Source: an uncultured Clostridia bacterium
GTDB taxonomy: Bacteria > Bacillota > Clostridia > Oscillospirales > CAG-272
Length of the DNA: 64,000 nt
Direction: 5' to 3'
Assembly (NCBI GenBank): GCA_944381085.1
Contig: CALWJX010000002.1
Location: 50,571 to 114,570, forward strand
In this document: positions 37,071 through 46,095 of the stretch, piece after piece
Layout of the letters: every line of letters starts with the position of its first letter
Numbering within the stretch: position 1 is the stretch's first letter
The notes under the pieces: generated by a model
Database searches by the model: none
Told to the model about the DNA's origin: nothing
What the model saw: only the letters and a program-made list of their open reading frames with translations
Translations under genes and position numbers: made by a program

Positions 37071-39578
37071 ATGTCAGCCAAAGAAATTTCACTGAAAAAC
37101 GCATACTGGTTGGTATGCCAGAAGCCGGACGGTTTATTTCCCGATACCGTAAATTCATGGGAAACCGCTCTTACCCCGGAACATCAATTCGCTCCTATCA
37201 AGGATACGCACGGCACCCCAATGTTCAGAAAAAGCTTTGACGCCAAGTCCGGCGAAAAGGCGCTGATTACGTCTACCGCGCTCGGCATTTACGAGCTTTG
37301 GTGCAACGGCAAAAGAATCGGCGTAAAGGAATATGACGGAAATGTTGTGTATGACGAGCTTAAACCGGGTTGGACAGAATACAGAAAACGGGTTATGTCA
37401 TTCACATATGATATCAGCGATTATCTGAAAGACGGAAACAATGTGGTTTTGGCGGTCGCGGCTCCCGGATGGTGGAACGGCAGAATATCCTTTAATCAGT
37501 ATGAAAACAATGACATCGCGTTTTGTGCCGCTATACAGGTGGGCGATAGAGTGATATACACCGACGAAACCTGGGATACCATGTGGGGAGGCAGAGTACG
37601 TGCCGCAGATATATGGGACGGCGAGATCTGTGACGGAAATATTCCTTCCTACGAGGAAATATCGTGCGTCAGCTACAATACTGACGGATGGAAAAAGCCG
37701 ACTGTCGCCGATCACGGTAATATTGAGATAACGCCGAATATAGGACCCGCAATCCGTATCCGCAAGGGACTTGATAAGGAGCCGGTATCGGTTACAATAT
37801 ATGACGGTGTAAAAGATAACGGCAGTGATTACGGGGAAATAAACGTAGTTTCACGGTATGACAACGAGGATGCGTTTGTGTTAAAGAAAGGACAAAAGGC
37901 TGTCGTTGATTTCGGACAGGAAATGGTGGGTTGGCCGCAAATAAGGGTACATACCGAGAAGAACGCCACAATTTGTCTGAGAGCATCCGAAATGCTCAAT
38001 GACAGCGGATTAAAATCAAGAGGAAACGACGGCGCAAAGGGTTCCGTTTATACAATAAACTATCGCTCGGCAAAGGCAAAGGCATATTATAAGGCAAACG
38101 GAAATGACGCCGGAGAAAAATATTGTCCGATGTTTACTTTCTTCGGTTTCAGGTATTTTGAGATAAGCTCCGACAAAGATATTGAGGTCATGTCGCTTAA
38201 AGCGCTGACAGTCGGTTCGGACATTGAGGAAACGGGTCATATTGAAACTTCGCACAAAGATGTAAACAAGCTTATATCAAATATTATCTGGGGACAAAGA
38301 AGTAACTATCTCACCGTGCCTACCGATTGTCCTCAGAGAGACGAAAGGCTCGGATGGACGGGAGACACTCAGATATTCTGCAATACCGCCGCGTATAACG
38401 GAGATGTTGACAGCTTTTTCAGACAGTGGCTTACCGACGCCCGCGACTCGCAGAACAGCGACGGCATTTTCCCCGACGTTATCCCCGCTGTGCGTGTGGT
38501 AGGATACGGCGGAGCCGCATGGGCTGACGCTCCCATTATAGTCTGCCACGTTATGTGGAAAATGTACGGCGATACAGATATAATCAGAGAAAACTACGAT
38601 TCGCTTGAAAAATACATGTCGTGGCTTGCGAGCAGAGGCATGGAGGGACCGGGCGAATGGTATGCGGACTGGCTGGCATATGAGCCTACGAGCGGAAAAT
38701 ATATCGCCAAGGCTTATTATGCTTACGACGCTATGCTGATGTCCGAGCTTTCAGGCGTTATAGGGCTTAGCGATAAGCAAAAGCTTTACGGTGAACTTTA
38801 TAACGCTATAAAGGATGACTTCAATTCAAACTACTGTGACGGTACGGGAATGCTCAAGGAAGAATACAGGACGCAGACCGGGTATCTGCTTGCGCTTAAG
38901 ACCGGTATGCTTGACGGTGAAAATGTTGACATTGCGGTAAGAAATCTTGCCGAAAAGATAAAGAACAACGGATATAAGCTTTCAACCGGATTTGTGGGCA
39001 CCGGAACTCTCAACCAGACGCTTTCCGAGTTCGGACTTCACAATCTTGCGTATTCCTTATTGCTCCAGACCGACAATCCTTCATGGCTTTACAGTGTGCA
39101 TCAGGGCGCTACGACTATCTGGGAAAGATGGAACTCGTATACTTTGGCGGACGGCTTCGGCGATGTGGGAATGAATTCGTTCAACCACTATGCGTACGGT
39201 GTAGTTGAGGAATGGATGTACAGATACATGGCGGGTATTGAAGCGGATAAGGCTCATCCCGGATTTGAACATGTAATACTTCAGCCTAATCCCGATACCA
39301 GAGGGGCGGATGAGCTTCCTGCGGGACAGGAAAACATAACTTGGGTAAAAGCTTCTTTCAATTCAAGAAGAGGCAGAATCGTATCTGAATGGAGTCTTGA
39401 CGGTAAATTTACATACAATACAGAGATTCCTATGGGTGCGACACTGTATTTGCCTGTTATCGGGGAGAAGCATACATTTACAATGAACGGAGAAGAGAAG
39501 TCAATATCCGATTGTAAGGTCGAAAACGGCAAACTTGTAATAGAGCTTGCACCCGGAAAATATTCTTTTGAAATGTAA
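37071..39578 (+). CDS. Alpha-L-rhamnosidase (GH78)
   Basis: VPTDCPQRDERLGWTGD hallmark, a six-hairpin domain (WERW...NSFNHY) and N-terminal beta-sandwich domains. No signal peptide. Confidence 0.88.
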   Translation: MSAKEISLKNAYWLVCQKPDGLFPDTVNSWETALTPEHQFAPIKDTHGTPMFRKSFDAKSGEKALITSTALGIYELWCNGKRIGVKEYDGNVVYDELKPGWTEYRKRVMSFTYDISDYLKDGNNVVLAVAAPGWWNGRISFNQYENNDIAFCAAIQVGDRVIYTDETWDTMWGGRVRAADIWDGEICDGNIPSYEEISCVSYNTDGWKKPTVADHGNIEITPNIGPAIRIRKGLDKEPVSVTIYDGVKDNGSDYGEINVVSRYDNEDAFVLKKGQKAVVDFGQEMVGWPQIRVHTEKNATICLRASEMLNDSGLKSRGNDGAKGSVYTINYRSAKAKAYYKANGNDAGEKYCPMFTFFGFRYFEISSDKDIEVMSLKALTVGSDIEETGHIETSHKDVNKLISNIIWGQRSNYLTVPTDCPQRDERLGWTGDTQIFCNTAAYNGDVDSFFRQWLTDARDSQNSDGIFPDVIPAVRVVGYGGAAWADAPIIVCHVMWKMYGDTDIIRENYDSLEKYMSWLASRGMEGPGEWYADWLAYEPTSGKYIAKAYYAYDAMLMSELSGVIGLSDKQKLYGELYNAIKDDFNSNYCDGTGMLKEEYRTQTGYLLALKTGMLDGENVDIAVRNLAEKIKNNGYKLSTGFVGTGTLNQTLSEFGLHNLAYSLLLQTDNPSWLYSVHQGATTIWERWNSYTLADGFGDVGMNSFNHYAYGVVEEWMYRYMAGIEADKAHPGFEHVILQPNPDTRGADELPAGQENITWVKASFNSRRGRIVSEWSLDGKFTYNTEIPMGATLYLPVIGEKHTFTMNGEEKSISDCKVENGKLVIELAPGKYSFEM

Positions 39579-39601
39579 TCATAAATAAAATTAAATAGAA
39601 A

Positions 39602-39638
39602 GGATACGCCATGGCTCATTTTGAGCCATGGCGTATCC
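39602..39638. terminator. Bidirectional terminator (perfect 16-bp palindrome) at the strand-polarity switch
   Basis: GGATACGCCATGGCTC / GAGCCATGGCGTATCC, 5-nt loop, A-rich upstream and T-rich downstream. Confidence 0.8.
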
Positions 39639-39806
39639 GGATTTTGGGGTTTGCGAAAAAAAGGAGATTTTATTTATTCCATAAGTGTGAATGTAATAAT
39701 ACAGTATGTTGAATTAACCGGACTTACCAATCATCGGCGCGTCAGAGTCGGCGGTAAATTATTTTCCGAAGTAAATTTATACCGAGACATAACGATGTAC
39801 AGATTA

Positions 39807-40481
39807 TTAAGAGGCAATATACCTTTTTCTTAAATCTCCGCATTCATGAAAGGCGGATTCATTTATGACCGCTGAAGCGGGGATATCCGGCAGCACCAGA
39901 GAAGTGCAGTAAGCAAAAGCGTATTCGTCAATATAATCAACATATTCGGGCAATATTACGTCACGAAGCGATACACAGGCATAAAACATCCCGTTCGCAA
40001 GTATTTTCAAACCTTTGGGAAGTCTGGCAGATTCAAGCTTTCTGCATCCTTCAAATACCATTTCGCCGAGATGGATTATATTGTCCGGCAGATTGACCGA
40101 CACAAGAGAAGAACAGTATGAGAACGCCTTTTCCTCTATTCTTTTCAGTGAGGAGGGAAGAGTTATATTTTTGAGCTTTCCGCATCCCATAAACGCCCTT
40201 GAAGCGATAATTTTCGCGCCTGATATTTTTACACTTTCAAGTTTTGCGCACCATGAAAACGCGTATTCGCCGATATTTTTCACGGTTGACGGCAGAATAA
40301 TGTCACAAATATTTTCGTTTCGGTAAAAAGCTCTGTCCGATATTTCAACTACGGGAATATTGTTTCCGATGTATTGGGGAACGGTCAATTCTTTGCCGGT
40401 AAAATTCGATGCGGAAGAGAGAGAGGCGGTATTGTTGTCGTTTATTGTATATTCAATTTCGTTTTCCGTAAATTTTAACAT
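39807..40481 (-). CDS. BspA-type leucine-rich repeat protein (LRR_5-like), no signal peptide
   Basis: Repeating ~23-aa units: I.....F..C..L..V.LP..L..I. Start at ATG 40481, with GGAGG 9 nt upstream. Confidence 0.7.
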   Translation of the reverse strand: MLKFTENEIEYTINDNNTASLSSASNFTGKELTVPQYIGNNIPVVEISDRAFYRNENICDIILPSTVKNIGEYAFSWCAKLESVKISGAKIIASRAFMGCGKLKNITLPSSLKRIEEKAFSYCSSLVSVNLPDNIIHLGEMVFEGCRKLESARLPKGLKILANGMFYACVSLRDVILPEYVDYIDEYAFAYCTSLVLPDIPASAVINESAFHECGDLRKRYIAS

Positions 40482-40710
40482 AATACATTTCCTCCGTTTT
40501 CTTCTTTCTGACAAGTATATTTTACAACAAATAAGCCGTTTTGTCAACAGAATCTGTGATAATTAATATTTTATAGGAGTTTTTTAAATATTCAAACTTT
40601 GATTCTTAATGAAATATTAATCTTTAATGACATAAAACATACTTATAAGATTATACTCATCGAATGCTTTGGTTATTCATCTGATAAAAACTTTTTATTT
40701 TGAAATGAGA

Positions 40711-41592
40711 TTAACCTCTGTAATCCTCTCTGATAAACGGATATTCTGTTTTGGAATCGCAGAGAAGCCTGTATTTTTCGGGACGGCGATATGCGTTGCC
40801 GTGTACCTCGCTTTCTCGGTATTGGCGAAGCTTATCCAAATCAAGCTCGGCTGTAAAAATTCCTTCTTTTTCATCCGCCTGTAAAATACACGTATCCCGC
40901 GAATCCTGTTCGTCGGGCAGATACGCCATGCCGTCAAATACGCTTGAGAAGCCGTTGCAGTCCGGGACGTCCTTGGGATAATTGCAGGTAGCTATTGCCA
41001 GCATATTCTCATATGCTCTTCCGCGAAGCTGAGAGAGCCTGTTTATTTCCATGGGACAAGCGTTCGGTACAAGAATCAGCTCCGCTCCCTTGAGCATCAG
41101 AATCCTTGCGCTTTCCGGAAACTCACGGTCATAGCATATCATAGCTCCGACATTGACTTCACCGCAGGCGGTATTTATTGTCGCCACATAAAAATCCTCG
41201 CCCGGAGTAAGATTGCGCTCCACATCAAAATCACAAGTGTGTACCTTGGAATATGTAAATTGCTTTTTACCGAATCTGTCAAACAGCACCATTGAATTGC
41301 GCGGATTGTCCTCATGCTTTTCAAGCAGTGTAATTCCAATTGCCATTGATAAATCCCTTGCCGCGTTTCCGAATTCTCTGACAAATTCGCTGTCCTGTGA
41401 AACAGCTTCGGACTTCCAGACTTCAACGGGACGGTTATATATCCGATATCCGTTGCTCCACATTTCGGGAAACAGAGCAATGTCACATCCCAATTTCTTT
41501 GCCTTTTTGCAAAAGTCAAGTCCCTTTTTCAGATTTCCGTCAAGACTGTCACAGGGAGATATCTGCAACAGACCTATTTTCAGTTTTTTCAA
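40711..41592 (-). CDS. Carbon-nitrogen hydrolase (nitrilase superfamily) protein
   Basis: E-K-C triad context: ALFPEMW, YSKVH, MICYDREFPE. TTG start with AGGAGG 9 nt upstream. Confidence 0.8.
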   Translation of the reverse strand: MKKLKIGLLQISPCDSLDGNLKKGLDFCKKAKKLGCDIALFPEMWSNGYRIYNRPVEVWKSEAVSQDSEFVREFGNAARDLSMAIGITLLEKHEDNPRNSMVLFDRFGKKQFTYSKVHTCDFDVERNLTPGEDFYVATINTACGEVNVGAMICYDREFPESARILMLKGAELILVPNACPMEINRLSQLRGRAYENMLAIATCNYPKDVPDCNGFSSVFDGMAYLPDEQDSRDTCILQADEKEGIFTAELDLDKLRQYRESEVHGNAYRRPEKYRLLCDSKTEYPFIREDYRG

Positions 41593-41832
41593 TTTTTAAG
41601 ACCTCCTGTTATTTATATCGGTTCGGTTTGCTCATCCGTATCTTTATAAGTCTTTGGTTATCCCGCAAGGTTTTTCAAATTGTCTGTTCCGACGAAAGGT
41701 AAAGCGTCAAATGTCGGAAACAGGACATGCACAACATAATTTTTAAATTTTTGTAGAAATAAATTCGGATTTCCCGATGATTAACACATCGGAAAATCCG
41801 TTTTTTATCCGGTGATGTACAATTATTTTGTA

Positions 41833-43794
41833 TTAAACCGTAAGTTCGGTATCCTTTTGCAAAGGATATTCTTTGCCCTTCCACCGGAGAGTACCGCCGT
41901 CGGAGTCTGTCTTTACCGTCAGTTTTCCGTTTTTGAGCTTTACCGAAACTTCGCCGCAGGGAAGAGGTACTACTCCGCTGAATTCTTTGTATTTACCGGG
42001 CTTGGGCTCTACAGTAAAGGTTTTATAGCCTATACTTGTAGGATATACTCCCAGACAGTAACGTCCGAGCAGGTATATAGGTCCGCTGCCCCATGCGTGG
42101 CAGAGTGAACAACCGTATTTCATTCCGTACATTTCATAGTGTTCCGCGCCTTGTCTCTGCGGAATATACTGTTCCCAGATAGAGGTGCCGCCAAGGTCTA
42201 CAATGCCTCCCCAGTATGACTCGATTTTATCCTGTATGTGTGTAAGGTCGCCGGTTTTTCCGTAAGCCATCAGTTCGAAAAATTCAAAGTACGGGGTGGT
42301 TATATGAGTTATGCTTTCATTGTCAAGCACGTTTTTAACAATGCCTTTAGCGTTTTTCTTTGATACAAAATCGTAAATTATCGCGAAGATATTCGCGTGT
42401 CTTGTCACTTTTTCAAGTCCGGAGGAATAACAGTCTATGAAAGCTCCCTTGTCTTTTCTCCAATAGTCCTTCATTATTCTGCGTTTAAGAGACGCTGCGC
42501 TTGTTTCATAAGGTTTGCCGTCTTCTCCGAGCGCGTAAGCCAACTGTGACATAGAAAGCTTTGTTTTCCAGTACAGAATCTGCTCGGCGCACAAGTTTCC
42601 CGATTTATCCATGTCCGACCAGTCTATGAATATCCAATCGCCCTCACGCTGACATATGTAGTCGTTCTCGTCGGCTCTCGATGAAATGAAGTCGTAAAGC
42701 GCGCGTATTCTTTTCCAGACAAATCTTATAAAATCAATATCTCCGGTGCTTGCGTAGTATTCATACGTTCCTATTATAAGGTACATTGAGTAATCGTTTA
42801 TCGTGTTGATGTGCTGCTCATACGGCGGTTTTCCCAATAGCGCAATTATAGTACGCTTCGTTATCTCAGGGTCAAAGTACAGATAATTGTTTGCCATATA
42901 GGATTGATAGGCGTCCCCCGACCAGACCCATCTGTCCCTTTTTATTCCGTCAAGGAAAAATTCTCTTGAATTCAGATGAAACGTATAAGCGCAGATTTGC
43001 CAGATGTTGTGTATTTTTTCATTGTCGCAAAAGAAAGACGCGCGGTCGGTAAGGGGAAGATATTCATAATCCGCGCTCACCTTGAGCGAATCTGTATTTT
43101 CGCCCTTGATGTATACATACCTGAACGCTCTGCCTCTCATACGGTATTTGGAATTTCCGCTTATCTTTTTGCGAACCAAAGTGTACTGAGTGTCGGTGGC
43201 TTCCTCTTCGGATTCTCCGAAAAACACTTCGTATTCGCGGGTTTTGTCGGCTCCGCTTATACATAACAGGGCAAATGTTTCTTTGCCGAAATCAAATACC
43301 CTGCCGCCGCTTATTTCACGGTCGCTTACGGGCATTATTTTCTTGTATGAGAACTTGAATTCCCTCGGGTCGTCATCCTCATTCGGATATTCGGGATATG
43401 CGCCTACAGGGAACTGTTCGGTGGTGTTGTGATTGCATATCCAGGTTTCGTCCGTACACAGAAATTCACTGTTTATGTAGATGCAGGGAAAGGAATACGC
43501 GTCGCATATAACCCGTATATTGGCGGTATGTGTACCGGCGCCGAACTCCACTTTGTCGTTTATGCTGAGTCTTTTTCCGTCAATTTCAATGTATCCGGTT
43601 CCATATGACTTTATATTGAAAAATCCTTCTTTGTCAGAGCTGAAAGTTTTTGAAAAGGTGACGACAGGGTAGGGAACCGACAAAGACCAGAAACACGGGT
43701 ATTCGGCGCCGAATTCCTCCCGGCGGGAATGAAGCTTTATAGAATGATACAACTCGTAGTCGCCCATAAGCCATATCCATTTTGCCTTATTCAT
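41833..43794 (-). CDS. Six-hairpin glycosidase, alpha-L-rhamnosidase (GH78)-like
   Basis: DGIKRDRWVWSGDAY parallels the GH78 DCPQRDERLGWTGD segment. The C-terminal SLCHAWGSGPIYLL is also typical of GH78. Confidence 0.6.
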   Translation of the reverse strand: MNKAKWIWLMGDYELYHSIKLHSRREEFGAEYPCFWSLSVPYPVVTFSKTFSSDKEGFFNIKSYGTGYIEIDGKRLSINDKVEFGAGTHTANIRVICDAYSFPCIYINSEFLCTDETWICNHNTTEQFPVGAYPEYPNEDDDPREFKFSYKKIMPVSDREISGGRVFDFGKETFALLCISGADKTREYEVFFGESEEEATDTQYTLVRKKISGNSKYRMRGRAFRYVYIKGENTDSLKVSADYEYLPLTDRASFFCDNEKIHNIWQICAYTFHLNSREFFLDGIKRDRWVWSGDAYQSYMANNYLYFDPEITKRTIIALLGKPPYEQHINTINDYSMYLIIGTYEYYASTGDIDFIRFVWKRIRALYDFISSRADENDYICQREGDWIFIDWSDMDKSGNLCAEQILYWKTKLSMSQLAYALGEDGKPYETSAASLKRRIMKDYWRKDKGAFIDCYSSGLEKVTRHANIFAIIYDFVSKKNAKGIVKNVLDNESITHITTPYFEFFELMAYGKTGDLTHIQDKIESYWGGIVDLGGTSIWEQYIPQRQGAEHYEMYGMKYGCSLCHAWGSGPIYLLGRYCLGVYPTSIGYKTFTVEPKPGKYKEFSGVVPLPCGEVSVKLKNGKLTVKTDSDGGTLRWKGKEYPLQKDTELTV

Positions 43795-43829
43795 TTGAGT
43801 TTACCGTCCTTTACAGTTTTATACGAAAT

Positions 43830-44900
43830 TTACCAATCAAGCGTAATTTCTTTACCGGCGTCCGAGGAGTCATATATCGCCTGCATCATGCGCGCCGTAA
43901 GGATGACTTTGTCAATATGAGACTGAATTTTCTCACCGGTCTGAACGCACCTTATAAAGCTGTTGATCTCCTCTTGAAACATATTGACGCTTTCAAATTG
44001 AGGAGTTTCATCCCAAAGCTTTCCGTCTTTGGTTCCGTAGATGGTAAAATTGCCTCCGTATGTAAGCCTTATACCCGCCTTGTCGCCGAGAAAATCTATA
44101 TAAGTTTCTGACGGTCCTATATTCTGTGCCCAAGCGCCGTTAAGCGAAATAGTGGGACCGTTGTCTGTACGGATAAAAGCGGTAACACTGTCATCAACGT
44201 CGTATGTGCCGTTGAGATTTTTGGTTTCCTCACTCCACATACTCTCGTACACATAATTTTTCATATCTTTGCCGAGCTTTGAAAATGCTTTTCCCGATAC
44301 GGTAATCGGCTTCGGGTCGCCTGTGCAGTACATGACTATGTCGAGATAATGCACGCCCCAGTCGATAAGCGCTCCGCCTCCGGCAATCGCTTTTGTGGTA
44401 AAGGCTCCTCCCAGACCGGGTATGGAGCGGCGCGCCCTGAATGAAACATAAACGTGATATATTTCGCCGAGTTCACCGGACCTTATAATGTCCCTTATTT
44501 TATTGACCGCGGTATTGAAGCGGTTTACAACGCCGATATTCAGTGTTTTTCCGGTTTCATGCTGTATATTCTGCATCTTTTTGGCTTCGTCGTAAACGCG
44601 CGCCGCGGGTTTTTCACATAGCACATGTTTTCCTGCCAAAAGAAAGTCAATGGATATTTCGGAATGCATTTTGTTCGGAGTGCAAACAGAAACGGCGTCG
44701 ATTTCCGGGTCGTTCAGAATCTGACGGTAATCGTAAACCGCTTCGCCGCAGCCGTACTTTTTTACGGCGGCATCGGCTTTTTCGGGAATAATATCGCAGA
44801 AATATTTAATTTGGGCATCCGGGTTGCTTAAATAAGACGGGATATGAGCCGCGTTGGCTATGCATCCGCATCCGATGACAGCTACATTTACTTTTTTCAT
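43830..44900 (-). CDS. Gfo/Idh/MocA family NAD(P)-dependent oxidoreductase
   Basis: VAVIGCGCIAN Rossmann N-terminus and the EKP motif (VLCEKPAA). Confidence 0.85.
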   Translation of the reverse strand: MKKVNVAVIGCGCIANAAHIPSYLSNPDAQIKYFCDIIPEKADAAVKKYGCGEAVYDYRQILNDPEIDAVSVCTPNKMHSEISIDFLLAGKHVLCEKPAARVYDEAKKMQNIQHETGKTLNIGVVNRFNTAVNKIRDIIRSGELGEIYHVYVSFRARRSIPGLGGAFTTKAIAGGGALIDWGVHYLDIVMYCTGDPKPITVSGKAFSKLGKDMKNYVYESMWSEETKNLNGTYDVDDSVTAFIRTDNGPTISLNGAWAQNIGPSETYIDFLGDKAGIRLTYGGNFTIYGTKDGKLWDETPQFESVNMFQEEINSFIRCVQTGEKIQSHIDKVILTARMMQAIYDSSDAGKEITLDW

Positions 44901-45025
44901 AAATCCTCCGTACCGAAAAAGGTTTTAGTGTTTTGACGGAAACATGTCCCGTCTATACAAAATTATAACAAAATATATCTGTCAAGTCAATATGATTATT
45001 TATTTTTATGTAACAATTTTCTGTA

Positions 45026-45052
45026 ACATAAGTGTTTTTTCGACATAGAATA
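45026..45052 (+). promoter_or_regulatory. SigK-like promoter candidate (AC, 16 nt, CATAGAATA)
   Basis: AC at 45026-45027, 16-nt spacer, CATAGAATA at 45044-45052. This fits the Bacillus SigK consensus AC-N16/17-CATANNNTA and lies 80 nt upstream of ATG 45132. Confidence 0.4.
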
Positions 45053-45131
45053 GTAGTGTAAAGAAATTGAATTAACCTTCGGGCAATTTCTTTTAATGTT
45101 TAACATACTATTTAGGGGGATATATAATATT

Positions 45132-45974
45132 ATGACCGAAAACAGATTTTCATGCGGACCCGGTTCGGGCAGGGAAAGCGTTTCAATAGAAACAAACAGA
45201 ATTCTTGACTCATGCAAGGATAGAGACTGTTTCGAGAATGTCCGTGTATTTCTCACGGATTTTGGAAATGAAATAGTTGAAAGAACCAGTACAATCAGAG
45301 TAAAAAGCTCTTGCATCACATGGACATACATCAATATAGACCCGGTTCAGTTTAACAAAGGTTTTTACACTGTAACAATCAGATTTTATATAAAACTTGT
45401 ATTTGAAGCCTGCGTGGGAGGAGGACATTCTCAGGAGTTCGACGGTATTGCGGTCCTTGAGAAAAATGTAATTCTTTACGGTGGAGAGAGCAATGTCAGC
45501 ATTTTCCGCAGTTCTTCCGATTCAATGAGCTTCTGCGCTCAACCGGAACCCTGCTACTGTGAAAAGAATGTTCCTACCGCTGTTGTGGAAGTAGTTGATC
45601 CTATTGTTCTCGGACTTAAAGTGGTTGAGAATGTAAACGAGTGTTGCTGCTGTTGCTGCTGCGCATGTGATATACCTGAAAGTATAACACATACACTTTC
45701 GGCAAATCTCAGCGGCGACAACGGAAACGAACCGGGCAGATACCTTGCGGTTTCTCTCGGAGTGTTCTCGATTATCCGCATAGTACGCCCGGCGCAGTAT
45801 ATCGTAAACGCTACCGAATACAGCATACCCGACAAAGAATGTGTTTCCGCTACTCAGGACGATCCTTGCAGCGTATTCCGCGCAATGGCGTTTCCCACCT
45901 CTGAATTCAGCATGGGATGTACTCCGACATTCCTCGGCGACAGATCCGGCAATCCCGGAAAATGCGGCTGCTGA
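45132..45974 (+). CDS. Cysteine-rich hypothetical protein (21 Cys in 280 aa; ECCCCCCCAC run); candidate spore coat/exosporium component
   Basis: ORF with AGGGGGA upstream of ATG 45132, which gives MTENRFSCGPG. It ends ...GKCGC. No TM or signal peptide. No family recognised. Confidence 0.6.
   Translation: MTENRFSCGPGSGRESVSIETNRILDSCKDRDCFENVRVFLTDFGNEIVERTSTIRVKSSCITWTYINIDPVQFNKGFYTVTIRFYIKLVFEACVGGGHSQEFDGIAVLEKNVILYGGESNVSIFRSSSDSMSFCAQPEPCYCEKNVPTAVVEVVDPIVLGLKVVENVNECCCCCCCACDIPESITHTLSANLSGDNGNEPGRYLAVSLGVFSIIRIVRPAQYIVNATEYSIPDKECVSATQDDPCSVFRAMAFPTSEFSMGCTPTFLGDRSGNPGKCGC
45642..45668 (+). repeat. (TGY)7-GCA-TGT codon tract encoding C7AC
   Basis: tgt tgc tgc tgt tgc tgc tgc gca tgt, read directly from the sequence. 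Confidence 0.9.
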
Positions 45975-46014
45975 AAGGCTTTGAGGAATTAATTGAATAA
46001 ATTATAGTATTCTG

Positions 46015-46068
46015 AAAATCCCCTCGGTGCATAAGCCGTTAAACGGTAACGCCGAGGGGGGATTTTTT
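46015..46068. terminator. Bidirectional terminator between convergent genes
   Basis: AAAATCCCCTCGG ... CCGAGGGGGGATTTTTT, with an inner CCGTT/AACGG hairpin. Confidence 0.7.
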
Positions 46069-46095
46069 GCGTCGCTTTAATTCTGTATTAATTTC

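Noticed and set aside
39687-39714. dif-like 28-mer gtgaatgtaataatacagtatgttgaat near the polarity switch.
   Set aside because: Only the right arm (GTATGTTGAAT versus TTATGTTAAAT) is similar. The left arm and spacer do not match E. coli or Bacillus dif. This is too weak to call.
39281-39833. Two ORFs (112 aa on minus, 70 aa on plus) that both begin MSHGVS and diverge from the same point.
   Set aside because: They read outward from the two arms of the perfect palindrome at 39602-39638, so the shared N-terminus is a symmetry artefact. Neither has an SD. The minus-strand ORF is antisense to the 3' end of the GH78 gene.
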